Positions 29,507 through 39,357 of a stretch of 64,000 nt of DNA are shown here, one piece after another (position 1 is the stretch's first letter; each line of letters begins with the position of its first letter). This DNA is from Trueperaceae bacterium. GTDB taxonomy: Bacteria; Deinococcota; Deinococci; Deinococcales; Trueperaceae. Made by a program: the position numbers and the translations under genes. The DNA is taken from contig OZ243913.1 in the NCBI GenBank assembly GCA_965213705.1, positions 2,752,001-2,816,000 on the forward strand, in the 5' to 3' direction. Under the pieces are notes generated by a model. That model worked only from the letters and a program-made list of their open reading frames with translations, did not search any database and was not told the origin of the DNA.

Positions 29507-29572
29507 AGAGGAGACGAGTAGCGAGTAGCTTGTAGCCTGTAGAAGGTTTTCCCACAAGCCACTAGCCACTGG

Positions 29573-30625
29573 CTACAAGCTCAAAAACTCCTTTGAACTC
29601 TTCGACAGCCGCTCGTAGCCGGTTTCGGTGATGACGCACAAGTCCTCGATGCGGACGCCCGCCTCGCCGGGCAGGTACACGCCGGGCTCGACCGTGACGA
29701 CCATCCCCGGTTTCAGGATGTCGGACTTGCGGAAAGTGAGGCTCGGGGCCTCGTGGACTTCTAAGCCGACGCCGTGGCCCAAACTGTGGGTGAAGTGGGC
29801 CTCGAGGTCATATTTTTTGAGCGTCTCGCGGGCGACGGCGTCGACGGCCTTACCGTCTTTGTTTGGACCCAACGCAGCGAGCGCCGCTTCTTGCGCGTCC
29901 AACACGGCGTCGTAAAGTTGCCGGTCGCGCTCCGAAACCTGGCCGACCGCCACCGTGCGGGTCATGTCGCTGTTGTAGCCGTTGACGACCGCGCCGAAGT
30001 CCAGGGTGACGAGTTCGCCGTCCTGAATCATTTTGGGCGAGGCCGTCCCGTGCGGCATCGAGCTACGCCGCCCGCTCGCCACGGTGATGTCGAAGGCCTT
30101 GCGTTCTGCGCCAGCGCGGCGCATAAAGGCTTCCAGCTCGAGCGCCACCTCCAGCTCGCTCAAACCCGCCCGGATAAAGGTGAGGATGTGCGCGAACGCT
30201 TCGTCGGCAATTCCAGCGGCCTCGCGGATAAGGCCGAGTTCTTCGGGCGTTTTAGTGAGGCGAAAGTCCGTGACGAAACCGGTGGTAGAAACGGGTTCGC
30301 GCCCCAATTTGTCTTTCAACTCCCCAAACTGTTTCACCGTGAGGTGGTCGGCTTCGACGGCGAGCGTGTAGGGTTGGGCGAGTTCGATAACGCGCTCCAA
30401 CCAGCCCGCGCTCGAGGCCACAATCTCGGTCGGCAACCGCGACTCCTCGTTTACCTGCGCGATGTAGCGCCCGTCGGTGATGAGCGTCGCCGCATCCTCG
30501 GTGACTAGAATTCGCCCGTCGGCGGGGCTGGTAAAGCCGGACAGGTAGCGCACGTTGGCGGGCGCGGTGACGAGCAGCGCGTCGGCCCCCGCCTCGGATA
30601 TTTTTTGACGAAGTTCGTCTAACAT
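29573..30625 (-). CDS. Xaa-Pro aminopeptidase (M24)
   Basis: NVRYLSGF, DFGAVVNGYNSDMTRT, HSLGHGVGLEVHE, EPGVY, GVRIED. Confidence 0.95.
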   Translation of the reverse strand: MLDELRQKISEAGADALLVTAPANVRYLSGFTSPADGRILVTEDAATLITDGRYIAQVNEESRLPTEIVASSAGWLERVIELAQPYTLAVEADHLTVKQFGELKDKLGREPVSTTGFVTDFRLTKTPEELGLIREAAGIADEAFAHILTFIRAGLSELEVALELEAFMRRAGAERKAFDITVASGRRSSMPHGTASPKMIQDGELVTLDFGAVVNGYNSDMTRTVAVGQVSERDRQLYDAVLDAQEAALAALGPNKDGKAVDAVARETLKKYDLEAHFTHSLGHGVGLEVHEAPSLTFRKSDILKPGMVVTVEPGVYLPGEAGVRIEDLCVITETGYERLSKSSKEFLSL

Positions 30626-30634
30626 CCGCAGCCT

Positions 30635-31399
30635 CTAACCCGCCGCGACGGTAGCCGCTTTGATGATGGCTGCGAAGTCGTCCACGTCCAAACTCGCCCC
30701 GCCGACGAGGCCGCCGTTCACGTCTCTTTTGGCGAGCAGTTCGGCGGCGTTGCCAGGTTTCATGCTGCCGCCGTAGAGGACGCGCACGTCTTCGGCGTGG
30801 GCGGGATAGAGGTCGCGCAAGGCTCGCCGCAACGCCGCACTCATCTCCTGCGCGTCCCCAGCGGTCGCCGTTTTGCCCGTGCCGATGGCCCAAATCGGCT
30901 CGTAGGCAATCACGAGGTCGGCGGGGTCTTGAAACGTTACCCTGTCCAGACCCCCGCGGAGTTGCCTCAAAACAATCTCCTCTTGCTCGCCCGCGTCCCG
31001 TTGTGCGGCACTCTCGCCGACGCAGAGGATGGGGCGGAGACCGTGCTCCAAGGCTTTCAACACCTTGGCGTTGACCAGCGCGTCGCCCTCGGCGTGGTAC
31101 TCGCGCCGCTCGCTGTGCCCGACGATGGCGTAGGTTGCGCCCGCGTCGGCAAGCATGGCGGCGGAAACCTCGCCCGTGTACGCGCCCGCCTCGAACGGGC
31201 TCACGTCCTGCGCGCCTACCTGTACCGGGCTGTCGGCGAACAGCGTCTTAAGCGCCAAAAGATGCGTAAACGGCGCGCAGACGAGCACTTCGGCCTTCAG
31301 GTCTATGCGGTGAAGCGCGTCCTTGAACGCCAAGGCCCAGTCTTCGGACTCGGAGGGGAGTTTGTTCATTTTCCAGTTGCCGGCGATGAGGGGTGTCAT
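30635..31399 (-). CDS. tpiA: Triosephosphate isomerase
   Basis: IAGNWKMN, GHSERR, AYEPIWAIGTG, LYGGS, GGLVGGASL. Confidence 0.98.
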   Translation of the reverse strand: MTPLIAGNWKMNKLPSESEDWALAFKDALHRIDLKAEVLVCAPFTHLLALKTLFADSPVQVGAQDVSPFEAGAYTGEVSAAMLADAGATYAIVGHSERREYHAEGDALVNAKVLKALEHGLRPILCVGESAAQRDAGEQEEIVLRQLRGGLDRVTFQDPADLVIAYEPIWAIGTGKTATAGDAQEMSAALRRALRDLYPAHAEDVRVLYGGSMKPGNAAELLAKRDVNGGLVGGASLDVDDFAAIIKAATVAAG

Positions 31400-31541
31400 G
31401 GCGTCAACCATACCGCAAGACCCGCGGCTTGCGCAGTGTTTTCGTGAGCGATGGGGAGCTGGGAAGCGGAGGAGATAGGGAGAAAGAGCTTTTGACGTTA
31501 CTTTTCTCTTTCCACTTTCCATTCGGTCCTCGGTACTTCTT

Positions 31542-32597
31542 TTACAGCCACTTCTTCCGCCGAAAGTAAAAAAGCATCCCGCCGCCGACGACGAGGCAAA
31601 TCAGCCAAAAAACCTCGTAGCCGAACCGCCAGTGCAGCTCGGGGATGTTCGCGAAGTTCATGCCGTAAACGCCCGCCAGAAAGCTCAGCGGCAAAAAGAT
31701 GGTGCCGACGATGGTCAAGACTTTCATCACCTCGTTCATCTTGAGGCTGAGGCTCGACAAGTAAAAGTCGTGGAGGCTCGAGAGCACCTCGCGCAGCGTT
31801 TCGACCGTGTCGATGACCTGCACGCTGTGGTCGTGGACATCGCGGATATAGGTGCGCACGCCGTCGTGAACGAGCGGCGTTTCCTCGCGCTGCAGCGAAC
31901 CCATAAGTTCGCGGAGCGGCCAGACCGCCTTGCGCAGGTAGAGCATTTCGCGCTTCAAGGTGTTGACCCGGCCCAGCACCTGCGGCGACGGGTCTTGGAG
32001 CAGTTCGTCTTCGATGGCGTCGATGTCGTCCTCGAAACCCTCGAGCAGCGTAAAGTACGTGTCCACTATCACGTCGACGAGCGAGTAAGCCAGGTAGTCC
32101 GCGCCCTGTTTGCACACCCTCCCCACGCCCTTGCGGATGCGTTCACGCACGGGTTCGAACACGTCGCCGACGGTTTCTTGAAAGGTCAGTACAAAGTTCG
32201 CGCCGAGCACGAGGCTCAGTTGCTCGTTGTTCACCTCGCCTTGGGCGTTCAAACTGAGCATCCGCAAGACGATGTAAATGTAGTCGTCGTAATACTCGAC
32301 CTTGGGGCGCTGCTCGGTGTGGACAACGTCCTCCAACACGAGCGGGTGCAAGCCGAACGCCTCGCCGAGTTTGCTGATGAGCGCGGTGTCGTGCAGGCCG
32401 TCCACGTTGAGCCAGGTCACTTTTTCAGGCGTGAGTTTGGCGAGGGCGGTCTCGAGCCCCACACCGACATCCTCGACGAACCCATTCCGGTCGTACTGAA
32501 TCAAGTCCAAATTCACGTGTTCGACTTTGCGCTCGCCCGTGTAAACCACGCTGCCGGGCAGCATCCCGGCGCGGCTCGTCCTCGTTGGAAGGGTCAT
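31542..32597 (-). CDS. corA: Magnesium/cobalt transporter CorA
   Basis: LHPLVLEDV, QRPKVE, MNEVMKVLT, YGMNF signature. Confidence 0.96.
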   Translation of the reverse strand: MTLPTRTSRAGMLPGSVVYTGERKVEHVNLDLIQYDRNGFVEDVGVGLETALAKLTPEKVTWLNVDGLHDTALISKLGEAFGLHPLVLEDVVHTEQRPKVEYYDDYIYIVLRMLSLNAQGEVNNEQLSLVLGANFVLTFQETVGDVFEPVRERIRKGVGRVCKQGADYLAYSLVDVIVDTYFTLLEGFEDDIDAIEDELLQDPSPQVLGRVNTLKREMLYLRKAVWPLRELMGSLQREETPLVHDGVRTYIRDVHDHSVQVIDTVETLREVLSSLHDFYLSSLSLKMNEVMKVLTIVGTIFLPLSFLAGVYGMNFANIPELHWRFGYEVFWLICLVVGGGMLFYFRRKKWL

Positions 32598-32649
32598 GCC
32601 GTCCTCCTCGTCATGCGTCGAGTTTATGTAAAGAGAAGCTGAATTGAAC

Positions 32650-32772
32650 ACTTAAAAAAGCACACTCGTGACTGAGGTTGTTATGGCCCGCATAAACCAG
32701 ATTCCGCCGGCTAGAGAGGCCACCTCCGCTGGAATGGGAGGTAGGGTCAAAACCCGTTGGCCTCACCTGAGC
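32650..32772 (-). promoter_or_regulatory. Candidate structured 5' leader of corA
   Basis: Three-way junction GAGGCC/GGCCTC enclosing GGGT-TTTG-ACCC and ACCTCC-CATTCCAGC-GGAGGT. Confidence 0.35.
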
Positions 32773-32869
32773 GCGGAAAGGTTGAAAGCGAGTTGACCTA
32801 CAAAGCTTTTGGCTTAGCTTTTCGCTCCCCTTTTAGGAAAGCTGGCGCGTAGCGACTGAGGGGTCTGCC

Positions 32870-34081
32870 CTATTCCATCAAGTGTCCGAGCTTGGCGGCT
32901 TTGGTAGCTAAGTATTTTTCGTTATACGGGTTTTCGCCGGCGCGCAAAGGAACGCGCTCGAGAATTTCGATGCCGTACCCCTCCAACCCCGCCACCTTGC
33001 GCGGGTTGTTGGTCAAGAGGCGCAACTTTTTGACGCCCAAACTGTGCAAAATCTGCGCGCCGATGCCGTAGTCGCGCAGGTCGGCGGCGAAGCCGAGCTG
33101 TTCGTTCGCCTCGACCGTGTCCGCGCCCTCGTCTTGCAGGTGGTAGGCCCGGATTTTGTTCAGTAAACCGATGCCGCGCCCTTCTTGGCGCAGGTAAACA
33201 AGGAGGCCGCGCCCTTCGTCGGCGATGGCTTTCAGGGCGGCGTCGCGCTGAAAACCGCAGTCGCAACGCAGCGAGTGGAGCGCGTCGCCGGTCAAACACT
33301 CCGAGTGCATCCGCACCAGGACCGGCTCGCCGTCGGAAATGTCGCCCAGTGAGAGAGCGACGTGTTCGTTGTCGCTCAGGGTGTCGCGGTAGCCGTGAAC
33401 CGTGAATTCGGCCCAGGGGGTCGGCAACCGCGCCGACTCGACGTGCTCGACGAAGCCATCGCTTTGCAAACGGTAGGCGATGAGGTCGGCGATAGTGCCG
33501 ACTTTGAGACCGTGTTGACGGGCGAACTCGAGAATAGCCGGCAGCCTCATCATCGTGCCGTCGTCGTGGATGAGTTCGCTGATGGCCCCGACCGGCTTGA
33601 AGCCAGCCAGGCGCGACAGGTCGACCGCCGCCTCGGTGTGCCCGGCGCGGCGCAGCACGCCGCCGTCGCGAGCCCGCAGCGGAAACACGTGGCCGGGCCG
33701 CGCCAAGTCGGCCGCGGTCACGCCGTCCTTGACCGTCGCCAAAATCGTCGTCGCGCGGTCTCGAGCGCTGATGCCGGTGTCGACGCCCTCTTTGGCCTCG
33801 ATGGACACGGTATAGGCCGTGCCGCGCCGCGCGGTGTTGTGCTGCACCATCGGCGGCAGCGCAAGGTGGTCGGCGAGCGCGTTCGGCATGGCGAGGCAGA
33901 TGACGCCGCCCGTGTAGCGAATCGTAAAGGCGATAAGTTCGGGCGTGACTTTCTCGGCCGGGATGATGAGGTCGCCCTCGTTCTCGCGCGCCTCGTCGTC
34001 GACGATGATGACGGGCTTTCCTGCCCGCAGGTCGGTTAGAAGTTCGGCGACCGTGGCGAGGGTTTGCGGTTCAGCGGACAT
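32870..34081 (-). CDS. ribBA: Bifunctional DHBP synthase/GTP cyclohydrolase II
   Basis: [48 protein letters not shown]. Confidence 0.97.
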   Translation of the reverse strand: MSAEPQTLATVAELLTDLRAGKPVIIVDDEARENEGDLIIPAEKVTPELIAFTIRYTGGVICLAMPNALADHLALPPMVQHNTARRGTAYTVSIEAKEGVDTGISARDRATTILATVKDGVTAADLARPGHVFPLRARDGGVLRRAGHTEAAVDLSRLAGFKPVGAISELIHDDGTMMRLPAILEFARQHGLKVGTIADLIAYRLQSDGFVEHVESARLPTPWAEFTVHGYRDTLSDNEHVALSLGDISDGEPVLVRMHSECLTGDALHSLRCDCGFQRDAALKAIADEGRGLLVYLRQEGRGIGLLNKIRAYHLQDEGADTVEANEQLGFAADLRDYGIGAQILHSLGVKKLRLLTNNPRKVAGLEGYGIEILERVPLRAGENPYNEKYLATKAAKLGHLME

Positions 34082-34721
34082 GTTCAATCTCCCCTGCCTC
34101 TTTCTGCAGCAACGTGAGGCGTTCGACGTACTTGGCGACGAGGTCGGCTTCCAAGTTGACGGTGTCGCCCGGTTGCAACTCACCCAGGGTCGTCACAGAA
34201 AGCGTGTGCGGGATGAGCCAGAGGGTGAACTCTTCGGCGGCGAGCTTCGGGCTCGAGCCCCCCGGCCCGCCCACGTCGACGAGGGTCAAACTCACGCCGT
34301 CCACGGTGATGCTGCCCTTGGGGATGAGGTACTTGGCGATGTTGGGGTCGGCCCGAACCGTCATAATATAAGCGCCCGGCTCCGCCGTGACCGCCAAAAC
34401 TGTCCCTGTCGCCTCGACGTGGCCGCTGACGATGTGGCCGCCCAAACGGTCGCTCAAACGCATCGCCCGCTCCAAGTTGACGTTTTTTTCCTGTTCCCAG
34501 CGCGGCGCGGTTTTTTGAACAGTTTCTTTGGACAGCTCGACCTCGAAACCCTTTTCGCTTTTGGTGACGGCGGTCAAACAGCAGCCGCTCACCGCGACGG
34601 AATCGCCGATTTTCAAACCTTCCAAGACCGTCTTCGCGCCAACTGTCAGCCGCAGGTCGCCGCCCGTGTCCGTAACCTTCAAAATTTTGCCGACCTCTTC
34701 GACGATGCCGGTGAACATCAC
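34071..34721 (-). CDS. ribE: Riboflavin synthase (alpha chain)
   Basis: [29 protein letters not shown]. Confidence 0.96.
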   Translation of the reverse strand: MMFTGIVEEVGKILKVTDTGGDLRLTVGAKTVLEGLKIGDSVAVSGCCLTAVTKSEKGFEVELSKETVQKTAPRWEQEKNVNLERAMRLSDRLGGHIVSGHVEATGTVLAVTAEPGAYIMTVRADPNIAKYLIPKGSITVDGVSLTLVDVGGPGGSSPKLAAEEFTLWLIPHTLSVTTLGELQPGDTVNLEADLVAKYVERLTLLQKEAGEIEHVR

Positions 34722-35911
34722 GCTACCTCCGCAGCGTCGTTGGGGGTGTTGTCGGTGTTCTCAACGTCTGGGTAACGGACGCGCCCGGTGATGAGGAGGT
34801 CGTCGTCCAGCTTTTCGGTCTGTATTTCCAAAAGGGTGATGGCCTCGGCCATGCTGGCGACGCCCAGGCCGCCCAAGGGGCTCGAGCCCCCCCCGCCGAG
34901 CAGCTTCGGCCCGATGAACCAGGCAACCCTGTCGACCGCCTGGGCTTCAAAAAAGGCCCAGGCGAGCGTGCCGCCGCCCTCCAACAAAAGGCTGCCGACT
35001 TCTCTGTTCCTGAGGTCTTGCAAGGCCGCGCCGACCTCGACGCGCTCGCGCCGGGTGGGCAGCGTGACGACAACTGCGCCCGCGTCTTTCAGGGTCTGCA
35101 CCCTCGCTTCGGAGGCTTTTTCGGTGGTGTAGACGACGACGTTGGGCGCGGCACCTGTTCCGTCAGGCTCGAACAGCCTGGCCGTCGGCGGCGTGCGCGC
35201 GACCGAGTCGAAGACGACCTTGACGGGGCTGCGGCCGGTTGCCAAGCGGCTTGTCAGCAACGGGTCGTCGAGGAGCACGGTGTTGACGCCGACCGCAACG
35301 GCGTCCATTTCGCTACGCCAGACGTGGACGAGTTCCCTCGCCCGCTCCCCGGTAATCCAGCGCGACTGACCGGTGCGGGTGGCGAGTTTGCCGTCTAAGG
35401 TCATCGCGGTTTTGTAGAGGACAGCAGGGCGGTTTGGGGAGGCTTCGGCTTCTTCGGTTTCGAACTTGGCCCGGAAGGCTTTGTTTTGCCGGTTCGCCTC
35501 CGCCTCCAGCACCCCGGTCACGACCTCCACGCCCGCCGCCTGCAGTCGTTTCGCGCCGCCCGCGGCTTGCGGGTTCGGGTCGAGCGCGGCGATGACGACG
35601 CGCCTGACCCCCGCTTTGACGAGCGCGTCCACACAGGGCGGCGTGCGGCCCGTGTGGTTGCAGGGTTCTAAAGTCACGTACAGGGTCGCGCCACGCGCCG
35701 CTTCGCCCGCGGCGCGCAGCGCGTAAACTTCGGCGTGCGGCTCGCCCGCGCGCTCGTGCCAGCCCTCACCGACGATTTCGTCGTCTTTCACCACGACGCA
35801 GCCGACCAGCGGATTCGGGGCGACGGTTCCGCGGCCGCGCTCGGCCAGCTCTACGGCACGCGCCATGTAACGTTCGTGCTCGGCGACGGGCTCGCCTCCG
35901 CCCGCGCTCAC
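34718..35911 (-). CDS. ribD: Riboflavin biosynthesis deaminase/reductase RibD
   Basis: PNPLVGCV, HAEV, LEPCNHTGRTPPC, TLDGK, LLEGGG. Confidence 0.97.
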   Translation of the reverse strand: MSAGGGEPVAEHERYMARAVELAERGRGTVAPNPLVGCVVVKDDEIVGEGWHERAGEPHAEVYALRAAGEAARGATLYVTLEPCNHTGRTPPCVDALVKAGVRRVVIAALDPNPQAAGGAKRLQAAGVEVVTGVLEAEANRQNKAFRAKFETEEAEASPNRPAVLYKTAMTLDGKLATRTGQSRWITGERARELVHVWRSEMDAVAVGVNTVLLDDPLLTSRLATGRSPVKVVFDSVARTPPTARLFEPDGTGAAPNVVVYTTEKASEARVQTLKDAGAVVVTLPTRRERVEVGAALQDLRNREVGSLLLEGGGTLAWAFFEAQAVDRVAWFIGPKLLGGGGSSPLGGLGVASMAEAITLLEIQTEKLDDDLLITGRVRYPDVENTDNTPNDAAEVA

Positions 35912-35989
35912 GCGCTGACCTCACGGTTGTCCTGGACAAAAAAATGATGCACCCTGAATCCACGGCCGTGTCGACGGCCGCAGCTACCC

Positions 35990-36132
35990 TCCTTCTTTCA
36001 TCCGGACTGTCACCGTCGGTACCGGCTTCGCACCGGTTCGGGCGCTGGGTTTGTGACCCAGGCTTCGCGGACTCGGTTCAAGCTAGAACCCCACCGCCGG
36101 TCGGGAATTGCACCCTGCCCTGAAGGACTGTT
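35990..36132 (-). promoter_or_regulatory. FMN riboswitch (RFN element)
   Basis: Reverse complement: CTTCAGGGCAGGGTGCAATTCCCGACCGGCGGT...AGTCCGCGA...CCGACGGTGACAGTCCGGATGAAAGAAG, upstream of ribD. Confidence 0.96.
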
Positions 36133-36276
36133 TTGTGAACGAGACGTGTCTCGCTTTGCACCAGTATACAAAGTGTAGCGCGCTCGGCTGTAAGCCACGC
36201 AGCAGCACTTGAAACCGGTGGTGGAAAACCCTCGAGTTCGTTTTTTGTGACTGTGAACGGCAAGGCTTTTCTCGCT

Positions 36277-38016
36277 TCAGGCGCGGTGACTCCGCTTTGT
36301 TGGACTTGAGCCCTCGGCCCTGACCGGTTTGCGCGGGCGCGTCCTGGCGATGGCGACGCTCAAGACCAGCACCGGCAGCAGCCCGACCAGCACGATTGCC
36401 AGCGCGCCCCCCGAGGCCTCGAGCAGCCGCTCGTCCGAGGCCAGGCGGTACACGCGCACGGCGAGCGTGTCCAGGTTGAAAGGCCGCACGATGAGCGTCG
36501 CGGGAAGTTCTTTAATCACGTCGACGAAGACAAGCAGAGCCGCGGTGAGCAGGCTGCCGCGCAGCAGCGGTACGTGAACTTTGAACAGCCGCGCTACCGA
36601 ACGCTGCCCCAGGGTCAGGGCGGCGTCGTCCATCGTTTTGGTCACCCGGTTCAGACCGGTCTCCAAGGTGTTGAACGACGCGGTTAAAAAGCGCACCAGG
36701 TATGCGAAGACGAGACCCACAAACGTCCCGCTCAACAGCAAACCGGTCGACACGCCGAAAGTGGCGCGCATAAAGCCGTCGACGCCGTTGTCCGCCCACC
36801 CGAAACTCATCAAGATGCTTACCGCGATGACCGAGCCCGGCACCGCGTACCCTATCGCCGCGACGCGGGTCGCCAAGCGGTTGAGAAAGGTCGGGCGGAT
36901 GCGCACGCCGTAGGCCAGGACGAGCCCGACAACGACGGCCAGCACTGCGGCAGCGACGGCGAGCGTCAGGCTGTTGCGCGCGTAGTTCCAAAACTGCGGA
37001 TTAAAAGCGCGCTGCGCGTGGTTCAGGGTTAGGTTGGCGAGCAACCAGGCGGGCAGCAAAAAACCGACAAACACCGGCAAAAAACAGGCGACGAAAGCGA
37101 GTGCCGCGCGACCCCCGCGGAGCGGATAGCCGAGCAGCGCGCCGTGCCGGGTAGAACTGCTCGAGTGCCGCCATCTGCGGCGCGACCCCCGCTCCACGGC
37201 CACCAGCGCCAGCACGAACACCAGCAGCCACGCCGCCAGTTGCACCGCCGCCAAGTGTTCGCCCAAGCCGAACCAGGTGCGGTAAATCCCGGTCGTGAAG
37301 GTCTGAATGCCAAAGTAGTCGACCGTGCCGAAGTCGGACAGGGTTTCCATGAGCGCCAGACTTACCCCGGCGACGATGGCGGGCCGCGCCAGCGGCAGCG
37401 ACAACCGGAAAAAACTCGCCCAGGGGCTGCAGCGCAGGCACTGCGTAGCTTCCAACATCGTCGTGGACTGTTCCAAAAACGCGGTTCTAGCGAGGAGGTA
37501 CACGTACGGGTAGAGCGCCAGCGTCAGCAAGACGACCGCGCCTCCCAGACTCCTGATGTTCGGAAACCAGTAGTCGCGCGCCCCCCAGCCGGTCAGGTCG
37601 CGCAAAAAACTCTGCAGCGGCCCCGAAAACTGCAAAAAGTCGGTGTAGGTGTAGGCCAAAATATAGGCCGGAATCGCCATCGGCAAGAGCAGCGCCCACT
37701 CGAGCACGCGCCGTCCCGAAAACCGGCACATCGTCGTGAGCCAAGCCGTGCCCACGCCGACCAACAGCGTGCCGACCCCGACGCCGAGCACCAGCCACAG
37801 CGAGTTTGCCACGTACCGGGGCAGCACCGTCGAACTGAGGTGCCGCCACACCTCACCGGTCGGGACGGCCAAACTGCCCAGCACCACCAAGACGGGGGCG
37901 GCGACAAGCGCGGTCAGCGCCAGAATCGCCACCGTCCAACCGCTTAAGCGCAAGCCCCCACCCCGCCGCTGGACGGGGCGACGGGGCAGGGGGCGGGCGC
38001 GGGCGAGCTTGTTCAC
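36277..38016 (-). CDS. Fe(III) ABC transporter permease (FbpB/FutB-like)
   Basis: Two permease halves; LPMAIPAYI, METLSDFG, KELPATL. Confidence 0.93.
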   Translation of the reverse strand: MNKLARARPLPRRPVQRRGGGLRLSGWTVAILALTALVAAPVLVVLGSLAVPTGEVWRHLSSTVLPRYVANSLWLVLGVGVGTLLVGVGTAWLTTMCRFSGRRVLEWALLLPMAIPAYILAYTYTDFLQFSGPLQSFLRDLTGWGARDYWFPNIRSLGGAVVLLTLALYPYVYLLARTAFLEQSTTMLEATQCLRCSPWASFFRLSLPLARPAIVAGVSLALMETLSDFGTVDYFGIQTFTTGIYRTWFGLGEHLAAVQLAAWLLVFVLALVAVERGSRRRWRHSSSSTRHGALLGYPLRGGRAALAFVACFLPVFVGFLLPAWLLANLTLNHAQRAFNPQFWNYARNSLTLAVAAAVLAVVVGLVLAYGVRIRPTFLNRLATRVAAIGYAVPGSVIAVSILMSFGWADNGVDGFMRATFGVSTGLLLSGTFVGLVFAYLVRFLTASFNTLETGLNRVTKTMDDAALTLGQRSVARLFKVHVPLLRGSLLTAALLVFVDVIKELPATLIVRPFNLDTLAVRVYRLASDERLLEASGGALAIVLVGLLPVLVLSVAIARTRPRKPVRAEGSSPTKRSHRA

Positions 38017-38033
38017 GTCAGCCGGGCCCGCGC

Positions 38034-39068
38034 TTAGCGCCAGCCCGCCCGGTCCATAATTCGCACCGCTTCGGGGTTGTTTTCGCCCAACACGGCGACG
38101 TTCAAGGTGTCTTCTTTGAAGTCGCCGAAGCCCTGGACGACCGCCGCAACGGGCACACCCGCAGCGACCGGGTACTCGAAGTTGCCCTCGGCAAAGATGT
38201 CTTGCGCCTCGGCAGTGGCGAGGAATTCTACAAAGCGCACGGCGTTCTCGGCGTGCGGCGCGTTCGCCAGCACGGCCGCCCCGCTGATGTTGACGTGGGT
38301 GCCTCGGCCCCCTTGGTTGGGGAAAAAGAGGCCCACGCGTGCCGCGATTTCGGTTTGGTCTTCACCGACCTGGTCATCGTCGTCTTCGGGACCCGCCGCG
38401 GCGACCATGCGGGCGTAATAGTAGTGGTTGACGATTGCCACGTCGCACTCGCCCGCCGCGACGGCCTCAATCTGGTCGGTGTCACCGCCTTGGGGGGGCC
38501 GCGCGAAGTTCGCGACCAGGCCTTCCGCCCAAGTTTCAGCCGCCTCGGCCCCGTCGGCCGCGATGATAGACGCCAACAGCGACTGGTTGTAGACGTTGCT
38601 CGAGCTGCGCACGCACACCCGGCCCCGCCACTCGGGGTCGGCCAAACTTTCGTAAGTCGAAAGTTCCGCGGGGTCGACGGTGTCTTTGTTGTAAACGATG
38701 ACGCGGGCGCGCTTGGTGAGGCCGAACCACTCCCCGCCGGGTTGGCGCAGGTTCTCGGGGACGGCTTGGGTGAGCGCCGCAGAGTCAACGCTTTGCAGCA
38801 AACCGTCCTCCTCGGCGCGCCACAAGCGCCCGGCGTCGGTGGTGATGAGGACGTCGGCGGGGCTGTTGACGCCCTCGCTGCGGATGCGTTCGATAAGTTC
38901 GTCGGCGTCGCCCTCTATCAAGTTGACCTCGATGCCCGTCTCTAGCGTGAAGGTGTTGAACAGCTCCACGTCGGTGTCGTAGTGGCGGGCCGAGTAAACA
39001 TTGACGGTTTCGCTTTGTGCAAAGGCGAGTCCGGTGAGCAGCGTTAGTGCGACGGCGAAGTGCTTCAC
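38034..39068 (-). CDS. Fe(III) ABC transporter substrate-binding protein (FbpA/FutA-like)
   Basis: VNVYSARHYDTD, RSSSNVYNQSL, NHYYY, HVNISG; start set at GTG 39068 after AAAGGA. Confidence 0.94.
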   Translation of the reverse strand: MKHFAVALTLLTGLAFAQSETVNVYSARHYDTDVELFNTFTLETGIEVNLIEGDADELIERIRSEGVNSPADVLITTDAGRLWRAEEDGLLQSVDSAALTQAVPENLRQPGGEWFGLTKRARVIVYNKDTVDPAELSTYESLADPEWRGRVCVRSSSNVYNQSLLASIIAADGAEAAETWAEGLVANFARPPQGGDTDQIEAVAAGECDVAIVNHYYYARMVAAAGPEDDDDQVGEDQTEIAARVGLFFPNQGGRGTHVNISGAAVLANAPHAENAVRFVEFLATAEAQDIFAEGNFEYPVAAGVPVAAVVQGFGDFKEDTLNVAVLGENNPEAVRIMDRAGWR

Positions 39069-39121
39069 GAGGTTTCCTTTCAAACTGAGACGCGCCAAGT
39101 CTCGGTGGTGGGGTTAAGTGC

Positions 39122-39195
39122 AATTCCACGCGTTCAACTTGGAATTGGCGACCCGCATCATGGCAGGTTTAATCCCGAGTGTCAAGGTCGGGATT
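39122..39195 (-). promoter_or_regulatory. Promoter of the Fe ABC operon with two 10-5-10 palindromic operator copies
   Basis: Minus strand TTGACA(39185-39180)-17 bp-CATGAT; AATCCCGAGT-GTCAA-GGTCGGGATT (39171-39195) and AATTCCACGC-GTTCA-ACTTGGAATT (39122-39146). Confidence 0.7.
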
Positions 39196-39255
39196 GACAG
39201 TTTATGCGTCCAGCACATTGTTTCGGAATCATTCCGAGTTTGCAGCACAGTAGCA

Positions 39256-39316
39256 AGTACCGAGTACCGAGTGCCGAGTAGAAAGTGTTTTTACTCGGCA
39301 CTCAGTCCTTGGTCCT
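39256..39316. repeat. Heptamer-based inverted repeat element
   Basis: AGTACCG AGTACCG AGTGCCG AGTA ... TACTCGGCACTCAGTCCT. Confidence 0.6.
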
Positions 39317-39357
39317 TTTCGCTTTTCCTTGGGTATGATTATGACAAGGGAGAGCCT

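Noticed and set aside
32700..32745. HDV-like ribozyme (words GCCGGC, CCTCCGCTGG, GAATGGGA on the plus strand)
   Set aside because: The nested double-pseudoknot pairings could not be built; the resemblance is probably coincidental.
39118..39357. N-terminal extensions given by the ORF track (aminopeptidase; likewise ppk2, tpiA, ribBA, exbD, Crp)
   Set aside because: They run through promoters, repeats or neighbouring genes; downstream starts with an RBS fit the families better.
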